A stretch of 64,000 bases of DNA from positions 55-64,054 of the IMG/VR virus record IMGVR_UViG_3300042541_000805. One strand, given 5' to 3'. Source of the stretch: a virus. Taxonomy: Duplodnaviria > Caudoviricetes. A program made the position numbers and the translations under genes. Shown here piece after piece: positions 8,529 to 17,183 of the stretch (its first letter is position 1; the number at the start of each line of letters is the position of its first letter). Under the pieces are notes generated by a model that made no database searches, was not told where the DNA came from, and worked only from the letters and a program-made list of their open reading frames with translations.

Positions 8529-8768
8529 TTAGAATTCAAACTCCACCAATACCTTTTGGCGGATAAATGATTTCCATATTTTTGCTTCTCCATCCATACC
8601 TTTAGCATAGATATCGTATTTGTCAATATTAAACTTTGTTAAGTATTCCATGTCTAATGATATCTCTACAATTGTAATTGAGCCATCCTTAGATTTAAAC
8701 GATTGGTTCTTTTGGTAGGACATACCAAATTCATAATTCCCAATAGTGATCTTGCGTATCCTATTCAT
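8529..8768 (-). CDS. Hypothetical phage protein
   Basis: ORF track; in operon with overlapping start/stop. Confidence 0.7.
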   Translation of the reverse strand: MNRIRKITIGNYEFGMSYQKNQSFKSKDGSITIVEISLDMEYLTKFNIDKYDIYAKGMDGEAKIWKSFIRQKVLVEFEF

Positions 8769-9181
8769 ATTTTATTTTCTATAATTAATGTTAATACTCT
8801 TGCTGCATCCATAAACGCCCAAAACTCTGCCTCCATTCTTTGCTTAAATGCTAGGCTCATATTGGTAGCCTCAAAGTCATCTATGCTAAAAGTGAATAGT
8901 CCTTTCTCCTTACCATGGTTAATTGTAAAGATGCTAATCTTGATACCATAAGAATCAAAGAACTCATACAGATCCCTTTGCATCCAGATATCTAAATCTT
9001 CCTCACCTTCAAACTCGTAATCAATTTCTAGGATACCACCTTCTTCTTCGGAGATAGATACTTCTACATTTATAGAACCTTCCGCATCGTAGGGTTCCTT
9101 TAAAAATTTTAGAAGTTCTTCATATGCAACAGGATATTTCTCTTGCATAATCTTGAAGGTTAAATAGAATGTTTCTGACAT
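8765..9181 (-). CDS. Hypothetical acidic protein
   Basis: ORF track; own TATATTTG box near 9199-9206. Confidence 0.7.
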   Translation of the reverse strand: MSETFYLTFKIMQEKYPVAYEELLKFLKEPYDAEGSINVEVSISEEEGGILEIDYEFEGEEDLDIWMQRDLYEFFDSYGIKISIFTINHGKEKGLFTFSIDDFEATNMSLAFKQRMEAEFWAFMDAARVLTLIIENKI

Positions 9182-9222
9182 AGCTTTACTTTAAGTCACA
9201 AATATAACAATAATTGTGACAG

Positions 9223-9507
9223 TTAACCTGTGTACTCTTCCCAATCAGTAGCAAGGATATCAATAGATTTAAACTCATATCCAATAATCTCGCTATCGTT
9301 TGTCTTTGCAACGAAGTAAGGTGCTTGAGTTATCTCAGATGTACCACCGTTGAATAGTCCCACAGGGATACCATCAATCTTTGCGGTTGTTACTTTAGCA
9401 TAGTCAGTAGTACCTAGCACTAACTCAACTCTAGTTTGAGCTGACCAGATTTTTCTACGCATCTGTTTGTTTAACTTCATTATTTCGATTGCTTCTAATA
9501 CGTTCAT
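9223..9507 (-). CDS. DUF2829 / Tad2-like protein (possible signalling-nucleotide sponge)
   Basis: N-terminal MNxxEAIExMKxxxxMRRKxW and C-terminal DILATDW. Confidence 0.7.
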   Translation of the reverse strand: MNVLEAIEIMKLNKQMRRKIWSAQTRVELVLGTTDYAKVTTAKIDGIPVGLFNGGTSEITQAPYFVAKTNDSEIIGYEFKSIDILATDWEEYTG

Positions 9508-9719
9508 ATACCGTTTATTTTTCTTGTTAGTTCTACTTTTAATACTTTAATCTTATCTGCTGCTGCCGGGAACTCTCTGTTCTTGCAGTTAAAAAATGTA
9601 CGCTTCATGCGATTAAGCAAAAATACATCATTTTTATCATAGTTCTCAGGCACTACTACATCCTTTACTTTGTATGTTGCTTTACCTGATTCTATTGTCC
9701 AATCGGATAGGTAACTCAT
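9504..9719 (-). CDS. Hypothetical protein
   Basis: ORF track; ATGA overlaps on both sides. Confidence 0.65.
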   Translation of the reverse strand: MSYLSDWTIESGKATYKVKDVVVPENYDKNDVFLLNRMKRTFFNCKNREFPAAADKIKVLKVELTRKINGI

Positions 9720-9946
9720 TTCTTACGCATACTTAGCGTTTCAAAGTCAAAGATAAAGTCATTAGGGTCATGCTCTAGGTTTAACCTTTTCATAATCTTA
9801 TAGTACACCTCTATGTTTGATCTACGTATCTCGCAGTCAGGTTCATGATCCTTCGCCACTACTACTTTACCTTCCATTAGGTCTTGTATCGCCTTATCAA
9901 TAATTTTAGTCGTCTTCCCTGTGTATCTGTTTTGTTTCATTGTCAA
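9716..9946 (-). CDS. Hypothetical protein with P-loop-like RYTGKTT
   Basis: ORF track; too short for a full NTPase. Confidence 0.6.
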   Translation of the reverse strand: MTMKQNRYTGKTTKIIDKAIQDLMEGKVVVAKDHEPDCEIRRSNIEVYYKIMKRLNLEHDPNDFIFDFETLSMRKK

Positions 9947-10361
9947 AATTTAAATTTGGTGTTATTGGTTTTTTCATATATGCTTTAATCATATTCTTTT
10001 TAGTCTGCTTATCACCATACCAAGCTATATCAGCAGGTATCTTTAGTTGATCCCCGTCTTTAATTATTACTCCTATTTTTAGTAATTCTTTTGTTAGCTT
10101 CCATACCTTCTGCCTATCAATCTTTAGCTTCTTGCGTATATCTTCCTTGTGTATATTTGATAGCTTTAACCTATCATCGTTATAGGTAAGGTACATTACA
10201 AGTTCATTGAAGTATTGAATAGCTTGTACAGAGTTGGTACTAAAAAGTTTCTTTAAACAAGTCTTAGAAATAATATAAAACTCATCATACTTTTCTCTAA
10301 CAAATGGGATATATACATTATTCCCATCCATGTCTTCTAGCTTCCTAATTCCTCTTTTCAT
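9906..10361 (-). CDS. RepL-like winged-helix DNA-binding protein
   Basis: IRKKLKIDRQKVWKLTKELLKIGVI HTH and IPADIAWYG C-terminal motif; start revised to MKRGIRK downstream of TACATTTG box 10381-10388. Confidence 0.6.
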   Translation of the reverse strand: MKRGIRKLEDMDGNNVYIPFVREKYDEFYIISKTCLKKLFSTNSVQAIQYFNELVMYLTYNDDRLKLSNIHKEDIRKKLKIDRQKVWKLTKELLKIGVIIKDGDQLKIPADIAWYGDKQTKKNMIKAYMKKPITPNLNFDNETKQIHREDD

Positions 10362-10426
10362 ATCATTAATTAACGTATTACAAATGTACAAATAAAAATG
10401 ACAAAGATTAACATTGTTAATAAAAT

Positions 10427-10489
10427 GTAGTCCCACAAGACTACTGCGGTAGTCCCACAAGTACTACTTTGGTAGTCATACAAGACTAC
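10427..10489. repeat. Three tandem palindromic 18-19 bp repeats (operator or iteron-like)
   Basis: GTAGTCCCACAAGACTAC at 10427-10444, variants at 10449-10467 and 10472-10489. Confidence 0.9.
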
Positions 10490-11480
10490 AAATAAGGGCT
10501 AACTACTTGATAATCATATACCCTCTATATCTTATCTATACCTTAAATGTTATTAATTATTATTTGTAATAGATTATTTTAATGCGTAAGCATTAGAGTA
10601 AGCTATGTCTTATGCTTAAACCTATTATTATATATCCCCTTATTCATAGTCATTCGGTTTTTAGGGGTGGTGCATGATTTGGTTTGGATAACCTGAGTGG
10701 GGTCATATCTCATCTGTAATGATAAAAGTATATGTAAGGTAGGTAATCATACCAACTGATATGTTAAATGTCTTAGAGGGGCTTATTTTAGTTTGTAATT
10801 AGATATTAGGGATTATTAATTTCTTTTTAGAATTAAGTAGTAGGGATTCCACCACCACCAGCCGGCCACCCTGATCCGGTCAGAAATCGTTTTTGAGCAT
10901 CGGAGTGGGGTCAAATTCAGAAGAAAATGTAGCAGTTTTTATGTCAATTCAACCCCCTTGTATAGCAAATATGACTATCCGAATAGTTGTTTTTGGTTTT
11001 GTAACTTGCTGACTATCAATGATTTTTAAATAAATTTCGTGGTGTTAATTATACTACCGATATTTGTGGTGTTGAGTAAGGGATAACACAAGACACAACA
11101 CACGATGGATATCGCTAGTCCTCATATAATCCCAACAATCAATAGGTACTTGTTAATTACACCTTTAAGAATAACTAATTAACCGATTGAGTAAGTCCAA
11201 CACATATGGCATCAACGCATTCAATAAAAACAGCGAAAGCTATCTAATGATGTGATATCAGCAGATGTAGTAAGTAGTGGTAGAATAGGGATTGAAAAGT
11301 TACAACATTGATGAGTCTTCGATATTGTTTTAGTGAGTTGAAATAGGCTCACATTAATGATACAAATACAATAGGTATGGTACAAGCATTGGTTCGATTC
11401 CAATGCCTATTGCTAAAAATATTAGCAAAAGCTGGTAATCAAATACAAATAAATATATCATTTAAACACTCAAAAACAAA
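10490..11480. other. Long non-coding strand-switch region, candidate genome terminus, packaging site or origin
   Basis: About 1 kb without credible ORFs between divergent gene blocks; GC-rich core 10850-10915. Confidence 0.5.
11369..11412 (+). ncRNA. tRNA-like minihelix (T-arm plus closing stem), not a full tRNA
   Basis: GCATTGG-TTCGATT-CCAATGC hairpin adjacent to CAATAG/CTATTG stem. Confidence 0.45.
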
Positions 11481-11484
11481 GATT

Positions 11485-11670
11485 ATGAATCCAAACACAA
11501 AAGAAATGCTAGATACATTGGATATGATTCTAGAGATTAAAACACAAAGAGAAGCAGATTTAATGGCACTATTAATTGAAGTTCAATACAAAGGTAGAAT
11601 GTTCTATACCCTACTAAATAGAGAGTTAAAAGACAAAATAGAATTTATTAATAACCAAAATAATTTATAA
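11485..11670 (+). CDS. Hypothetical early protein
   Basis: Start revised to MNPNTKE after AAAAACAAAGATT context. Confidence 0.6.
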   Translation: MNPNTKEMLDTLDMILEIKTQREADLMALLIEVQYKGRMFYTLLNRELKDKIEFINNQNNL

Positions 11671-11687
11671 ACTTAAAAACAAAGATT

Positions 11688-11963
11688 ATGTTCCACAAAG
11701 CAAACAAACACTACACACATTTTGCAGTAATTAAAGGCACAAATGTAATCGTTAATGGATGGGATTATAGAGGCTCTGAAGATGATGACCACAAGTATTA
11801 TGAGAAGATGGATATTGAAGATTTAGGTTATTATTATAAAGATGTAAAAGTATTATCTGCAAAGCATTTGATACGAAATAATGTCAATCCATATGACTAT
11901 CAAAATTGGATTTTTGAACAAGAAAATCAACAAGAATTATTAGACAAATACATAAAATTTTAA
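11688..11963 (+). CDS. Hypothetical early protein
   Basis: ORF track; same AAAAACAAAGATTATG start context. Confidence 0.7.
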   Translation: MFHKANKHYTHFAVIKGTNVIVNGWDYRGSEDDDHKYYEKMDIEDLGYYYKDVKVLSAKHLIRNNVNPYDYQNWIFEQENQQELLDKYIKF

Positions 11964-11984
11964 TCACTAAAACCACTAAAAAAA

Positions 11985-12092
11985 ATGAAAAGACAATTAA
12001 CAGATTTTGAAGATGCATTGCTAGGCTTTGCAGTTATTATTATTGGATTCGGAGGATTTTATATCTTCTTATTAACTTACTTAAGCAAATAA
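11985..12092 (+). CDS. Small single-pass membrane peptide (35 aa), not in ORF track
   Basis: ALLGFAVIIIGFGGFYIFLL hydrophobic segment; fills gap in operon. Confidence 0.55.
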   Translation: MKRQLTDFEDALLGFAVIIIGFGGFYIFLLTYLSK

Positions 12093-12098
12093 AAAAAG

Positions 12099-12269
12099 AT
12101 GAAAAACGAGTTACCACAATTCATAAAAATATGTGTAATGATTTTACAAGGTGAAAAATCAAAATACGAAATTCAATTAATAATGTTGAAAGCATTAGTT
12201 GATAAAGAAATAAGACAAACGGAAGCCGAATTTTTAATTCAATCATTAGAAGACTATAAACAAAAATAA
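12099..12269 (+). CDS. Hypothetical protein (56 aa), not in ORF track
   Basis: MKNELPQFIK...; fills gap in operon. Confidence 0.55.
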   Translation: MKNELPQFIKICVMILQGEKSKYEIQLIMLKALVDKEIRQTEAEFLIQSLEDYKQK

Positions 12270-12271
12270 CT

Positions 12272-12466
12272 ATGAAAGCTACAAGAGAAAAAATGATGGA
12301 AATTACATTGGATGACATAAAAGATTTATCAATTATTATAGTTGATAAAATGATTGAAGATGGTATAATAAAAGATTGTGATAATACGGATAACCAAACC
12401 GAATTTGAAACGCAAGATATTATAAGAGAAATTTTATGTAATAAATTAAATATTCAAAATGACTAA
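12272..12466 (+). CDS. Hypothetical early protein
   Basis: ORF track. Confidence 0.65.
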   Translation: MKATREKMMEITLDDIKDLSIIIVDKMIEDGIIKDCDNTDNQTEFETQDIIREILCNKLNIQND

Positions 12467-12800
12467 AAATATAAAAATGACATACAATCCATTTGATTTT
12501 GATTCGTGTATTAGATACATTGATGATAACAATATCACATTCGATAACGCTAGAGATATCTTACAAAAACAAGATTTAGATTTCTTCGATGAAGATGAAG
12601 AAGTAAGAAAAATTGCATTGAAAAATGCTAGAAAGATGCTTAATTTTTACCACGATAAATATTACGATGCAATAAAAGATTATTGCAGAATTGCAGACAC
12701 ATCAACGATAGATGAAATACTTGGTAATTACTTTGAGTACAAAGATATGTACGAACAAGCTATATACGAAAGGATGGTAGAAAAGAATGGAAGAAATTAA
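12459..12800 (+). CDS. Hypothetical acidic early protein
   Basis: ORF track. Confidence 0.7.
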   Translation: MTKNIKMTYNPFDFDSCIRYIDDNNITFDNARDILQKQDLDFFDEDEEVRKIALKNARKMLNFYHDKYYDAIKDYCRIADTSTIDEILGNYFEYKDMYEQAIYERMVEKNGRN

Positions 12801-12886
12801 CGACATATCAGTTTACATTGCAGAGGCAATTGCTGATGATTTATACAATTATTATTTAACCGAAATTTTAAATTAAAAAAAAGAAA

Positions 12887-13180
12887 ATGGAAAATTTAAA
12901 AAACAAAAAAATCACAATGGCTACATTAAAATCGTTCATTAAAAATGCAAACAATTTATTTGTAGAAACAAAGTCAAGGTTTAATGGAATGTTTGATGGA
13001 ATAGAGTATTTTAAAGATACTGAAATGATACAAATTGAAAAGGCTGATGCAATAGGATACAAGGGTGTTTATTGCGTAGGTCGTAGCAGAGATTATTTTA
13101 CATACAAAGAGAAAGATGGATACATTGGTATACAAGTATCAAATGCTTGTGGATGCGAAATTTTATGGACAAAAATATAA
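12887..13180 (+). CDS. Hypothetical early protein
   Basis: ORF track; KITMATLKSFI...GRSRDYF...SNACG. Confidence 0.7.
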   Translation: MENLKNKKITMATLKSFIKNANNLFVETKSRFNGMFDGIEYFKDTEMIQIEKADAIGYKGVYCVGRSRDYFTYKEKDGYIGIQVSNACGCEILWTKI

Positions 13181-13211
13181 TTAAATAACTAACCTTAAAT
13201 TAAAAAACGAA

Positions 13212-13709
13212 ATGGAAAATTCAAACAAAAAATACTCGGTAACATTAGACAGAAGCGTATACGAAAGCAATGATTTAAAACAACTAGAAAAACTAGCAAT
13301 TGATTATTGCATTAAAATTGATGAGGGATGCGAAGAGTATAACACCAATGGTGTAATAAAAATTAGTAGCATAGAAAAACATGATTGGGAAGCAGAAAAT
13401 ATTTACTCTTTAATCTATGATAATCTAATGGAGATTGAAGTTAATATCAACGCATTAGATTGTAACGATTGGGAGTTTCTAATTAGCGAATTGGCTAATG
13501 TTAAATTTCACAATGTATCATACATCAATGATGAATGTGATTCAATTGCTAATGTAGAATTAGATTTAATTATCTACCTACCGAATGAAGAATATAATTC
13601 ATTTCAAATAGATAAATATTTTGACAATGGATTCAATGATAAGGTAGAACCTAAAACATTTGATAGCCTAGTAGAATTAGTAAAAGAAATTAATAACCTA
13701 AAAAAATAA
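13212..13709 (+). CDS. Hypothetical acidic early protein
   Basis: ORF track. Confidence 0.7.
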   Translation: MENSNKKYSVTLDRSVYESNDLKQLEKLAIDYCIKIDEGCEEYNTNGVIKISSIEKHDWEAENIYSLIYDNLMEIEVNINALDCNDWEFLISELANVKFHNVSYINDECDSIANVELDLIIYLPNEEYNSFQIDKYFDNGFNDKVEPKTFDSLVELVKEINNLKK

Positions 13710-13722
13710 GGAGAAAAATAAA

Positions 13723-13941
13723 ATGATTTTAATCAACGAAACATTACAAAACATTTTTTATGTATTAAAAATGTATGATTTATGCTACTCAATAAGTATA
13801 GATGGTGTTGTATACAAAGTAGGTGCGGTAGTTAGACAAGAACAAGATGGATGTACTTTAAATTGGGAGTATGGGACTGATGGTATTAGTAAAGAACATC
13901 TTGAAGAGTTAGAAGATTTAATATTAGAAAAATTTTTATAA
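13723..13941 (+). CDS. Hypothetical early protein
   Basis: ORF track. Confidence 0.6.
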   Translation: MILINETLQNIFYVLKMYDLCYSISIDGVVYKVGAVVRQEQDGCTLNWEYGTDGISKEHLEELEDLILEKFL

Positions 13942-13960
13942 TTTAAAAACAAAAAAGAAA

Positions 13961-14161
13961 ATGAAAGCACTAGACAAAAAGACTATTGAATTAGTAGAAA
14001 ATTTATCCAATGCTATGGATGAGTTGACAAATCATTGGCAAGAATTATCAGATGATGAGTCAGAATTATTATCAAATGGCTACCCATTATTTTGGGGGTC
14101 ATTTGATGAGAAGTCAGCACAAGTAAATACATGGTTAATTAACTTACAAGAAAAAAACTAA
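13961..14161 (+). CDS. Hypothetical early protein
   Basis: ORF track. Confidence 0.65.
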   Translation: MKALDKKTIELVENLSNAMDELTNHWQELSDDESELLSNGYPLFWGSFDEKSAQVNTWLINLQEKN

Positions 14162-14165
14162 AGAT

Positions 14166-14453
14166 ATGAAAGCAAACATTATAGTAACACAAGGTAGTTA
14201 CGGATTCGGTCACGAATGGACATTAGAATGTGAAACAAAAACAACAAAGAAATCATTTTATCTAGGGCAAGACATTAAGTTTTGCTCTAGGGTACTAGGG
14301 ATGGATGCTAGTGATGTTGTTGATGCAATTGGTACTAATAGATTAGATACTGAACTAGGCACAAAGAGATTAGCAAGATTCATTGTTAACACATTAGAGT
14401 TAAATGGTAGAAATATTAAAAACATACAAGCATGGGATTTATGCTGTCAATAA
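14166..14453 (+). CDS. Hypothetical early protein
   Basis: ORF track; FYLGQDIKFCSRVLGM. Confidence 0.7.
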   Translation: MKANIIVTQGSYGFGHEWTLECETKTTKKSFYLGQDIKFCSRVLGMDASDVVDAIGTNRLDTELGTKRLARFIVNTLELNGRNIKNIQAWDLCCQ

Positions 14454-14628
14454 AAAACGATATGGAAAATAAAATAATCTTAACAATAGAAATGATAAAA
14501 GGTATGTATTGGTGGTCAGTTACACTAGGTAACAAGACAACAAAATCTTTCGATGGTTTTAAAACTAAACAAGATGCATACGCAGATTTTAATTATAGGT
14601 CAAAATATATAAACTTAATGTAAAAAAA

Positions 14629-15015
14629 ATGAACAAATTAATTGAAACGCTAGATAATTGCAAGGCAATTTTATCCGACTATTACGAAAATGATTTAGCA
14701 GAAGCAGTAAACGAATACGATGTAGAAAATCAAATTGACAACATCCATAGGATAATGTTAATGATAATGCCAAATGAATTTAAATTCGCTAGGCAATGTT
14801 CTTGTTGTGAAGATGGAATGAACAAAGGCTATGTGATTGATGGTGGTGGTGAATATTATTGTAGTGATGAATGCTTAAACACGAAGCATACTGCCGATGA
14901 AATAAAAGAAATGGAAATGGGAGAAGAGTGTAATTATTGGACTGAATGGGATTCCGATTCGGACATGGAATACATATTAGTACGCAACATATTGATACAT
15001 GTTGGCGAGGAATAG
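14629..15015 (+). CDS. Acidic protein with putative Zn-binding domain
   Basis: CSCCEDGM...YYCSDECL. Confidence 0.65.
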   Translation: MNKLIETLDNCKAILSDYYENDLAEAVNEYDVENQIDNIHRIMLMIMPNEFKFARQCSCCEDGMNKGYVIDGGGEYYCSDECLNTKHTADEIKEMEMGEECNYWTEWDSDSDMEYILVRNILIHVGEE

Positions 15016-15044
15016 CCACCTGATCAGGACAGTCCTGCTGGGAA

Positions 15045-15093
15045 TAAACTGCTCTAATGGTATTGTTAGGGCAGTTTACTATCCTTTTCTTTC
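15045..15093 (+). terminator. Intrinsic terminator-like hairpin
   Basis: TAAACTGCTCTAA/TTAGGGCAGTTTA stem followed by pyrimidine tract. Confidence 0.6.
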
Positions 15094-15151
15094 TGCACAT
15101 TTGGAATTAACAATTAATACAATTAAATTTGAAAAACTAAACTAAACTATT

Positions 15152-15325
15152 ATGAAAATTAAAGAACAACCAATCACACAAAACAATTTATTTGAGCAAA
15201 TGGCTATCATAACTAAAAACAAACTTATTAAGCAAGGTGTTTTACCTTCTGATGCTAATAAATTAGCTATTGAGTTTGTGAAAGAAAATGGAGAAAAAAT
15301 TATTATTAATGTACTTAAAAAATAA
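15152..15325 (+). CDS. Small protein (57 aa), paralog of 20202..20384, not in ORF track
   Basis: KLIKQGVLPSDANKLAIEFVK; -7 box TAAATTTG 15124-15131. Confidence 0.8.
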   Translation: MKIKEQPITQNNLFEQMAIITKNKLIKQGVLPSDANKLAIEFVKENGEKIIINVLKK

Positions 15326-15330
15326 AAAAA

Positions 15331-15546
15331 ATGGAAAACTTAACAAACAAAGAAGAAAAAAAAATAACATTACAAGAATTAAAAGATATTTTAAATGTAA
15401 TGAATTTTTATAATAGAAATCGTGGCTTTATGGGTTACGACCTTGTAGGTACTTTAAGATTTTTTGATGGAGAGCCATCGGATGGAGGTATTTATATTAC
15501 AAAAGAAGATATTAAAGAATTTATAAACGATTACAAAACAATTTAA
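15331..15546 (+). CDS. Hypothetical early protein
   Basis: ORF track. Confidence 0.65.
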   Translation: MENLTNKEEKKITLQELKDILNVMNFYNRNRGFMGYDLVGTLRFFDGEPSDGGIYITKEDIKEFINDYKTI

Positions 15547-15558
15547 AACTAAAAAGCT

Positions 15559-15834
15559 ATGGAACAAGTATTAAAAGTATTGAAAAGCGAAGAGTACGAC
15601 AGGTACATTTTTATTACCTACGAAGAAGAAAACATTGTTGGTATAAACTTTCATCAAGGTGTTGATGCAATTGATAATTATTTTATCAAGCCATGCCCAT
15701 ACACTACGGAAACATTTATGCGAATGATATCAAACAATCCTATCTTTAATAAAACCGAAGATGAGATTTTTCAAATCATAAACGATGCTATCGAAGTAGT
15801 GTGTCAAGTAATAACTTATACATTTAAAAACTAA
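15559..15834 (+). CDS. Hypothetical early protein
   Basis: ORF track. Confidence 0.65.
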   Translation: MEQVLKVLKSEEYDRYIFITYEEENIVGINFHQGVDAIDNYFIKPCPYTTETFMRMISNNPIFNKTEDEIFQIINDAIEVVCQVITYTFKN

Positions 15835-15845
15835 ACTTAAACAAT

Positions 15846-16178
15846 ATGAAAAAGTACAAAGAAAATTATGATTTTTATTTATTCTCTCAATTATGTAGTA
15901 ATGCAGAAATAGATTCAGAGCCTTACGATGTTCAATTTGAAATTAAAGAAGAATTATTCAATGAATTTATGCCTAGCATTTATAATGATGCAAATGAAAA
16001 CCTATATGAATGTATAGTAAAATTTGTAGAAGATAAATTTATAGAACATAAATTACCACCATCAAAAACTTATGGTGAATATTTATTTAAGGCAATGAAC
16101 AAATTTGATATTTCTAATCAAGAAGCTAGAAAAAGATACGGACAATTTACAATCTCACAATGGAAACAAATATTATAA
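15846..16178 (+). CDS. Hypothetical early protein
   Basis: ORF track. Confidence 0.65.
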   Translation: MKKYKENYDFYLFSQLCSNAEIDSEPYDVQFEIKEELFNEFMPSIYNDANENLYECIVKFVEDKFIEHKLPPSKTYGEYLFKAMNKFDISNQEARKRYGQFTISQWKQIL

Positions 16179-16417
16179 AAATGGAAACACAAAAAGTAGT
16201 ATTCAAAATGATAGATGATGAGGTAATAGCCATCTTTCCTAATAACCTATACAGCGAGGTGCTGTATGGTAATACAATGGTAGATTCTTATATGCACATT
16301 GGTCAGCATTCAGCTTGTTCAGTAGAATTGATAGATGAATTAGAAGATGCATCGGAAGAGCAGTATAAAGATTTAAAAATAGAGTTAGAAGAAATTGGAT
16401 ATAATTTAGAACTATAA
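16160..16417 (+). CDS. Conserved-looking phage protein of unknown function
   Basis: VIAIFP...SYMHIGQHS...YKDLKIELEEIGY; start may be the second Met. Confidence 0.7.
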   Translation: METNIIKMETQKVVFKMIDDEVIAIFPNNLYSEVLYGNTMVDSYMHIGQHSACSVELIDELEDASEEQYKDLKIELEEIGYNLEL

Positions 16418-16421
16418 AAAT

Positions 16422-16628
16422 ATGGATTACTATACACAAATGGCATTAACTTTTAAAGACAAAGGATTAACTGCAATAAGGAATGAGGATTGTGATTACA
16501 TATCTGATTATGATAATAAAAAAAGATATGGAGTTAATATTGAGAATGAAGATGGAGATGTATTAGATTATGAATACTTTAATTCAGAAAAAAAAGCATT
16601 TAAATTTATAAACAAAATTAAAAACTAA
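16422..16628 (+). CDS. Hypothetical early protein
   Basis: ORF track. Confidence 0.65.
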   Translation: MDYYTQMALTFKDKGLTAIRNEDCDYISDYDNKKRYGVNIENEDGDVLDYEYFNSEKKAFKFINKIKN

Positions 16629-16634
16629 AACAAC

Positions 16635-16871
16635 ATGAAAACACAAGACCAAGAACTATTAAACAAGATTACAAATCTACAAGAAGAATTACATATCTTC
16701 TTTGGTACAATGACATTCGATGAATTAGAAAATCAATTCGGCTATAGTCTGCATGGATTAGAGAATGATGCAGTAGAACTGATGCTAGATACATTGAGGA
16801 ATGAATGGTACGAATTACCATTAAGAGATAAATATCAAATCGTTGAACAAATCACTAAAAAAAGAAACTAA
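16635..16871 (+). CDS. Hypothetical early protein
   Basis: ORF track. Confidence 0.65.
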   Translation: MKTQDQELLNKITNLQEELHIFFGTMTFDELENQFGYSLHGLENDAVELMLDTLRNEWYELPLRDKYQIVEQITKKRN

Positions 16872-16872
16872 A

Positions 16873-17178
16873 ATGGGCTACTACACACAATATGCATTAG
16901 AAACACTACAAGGTGGAGATTCTAATATTGATTATCAAAAAGAATTATGCGACATGGTAGATTATGAATACCTATTCGATGAACCAACAAAATGGTATGA
17001 ACATCATGAGGACATGAAAACATTATCTAAAAAACATCCAAAGGTATTATTCCTATTGCATGGTGATGGTGAGGAAAATGGAGATATGTGGAGGGCATAC
17101 TACTATGGTGGTGAATGTAAAGAAAGAATTGAAGCAGAAATTGTATTTAAAGAATTTGATTTAACTAAAATAAAATAA
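16873..17178 (+). CDS. Hypothetical phage protein
   Basis: Start revised to MGYYTQY; KWYEH...LSKKHP...GDGEENGDMW. Confidence 0.7.
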   Translation: MGYYTQYALETLQGGDSNIDYQKELCDMVDYEYLFDEPTKWYEHHEDMKTLSKKHPKVLFLLHGDGEENGDMWRAYYYGGECKERIEAEIVFKEFDLTKIK

Positions 17179-17183
17179 AAGAC

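Larger units (their letters stand above)
11485..17178 (+). other. Early-gene array of about 25 small, often acidic hypothetical proteins
   Basis: Tightly packed co-oriented ORFs of about 35-165 aa separated by A-rich spacers. Confidence 0.8.

Noticed and set aside
10362-10460. N-terminal extension of ORF 9906..10460
   Set aside because: Covers the promoter box and tandem repeats; the ATG at 10361 is the better start.
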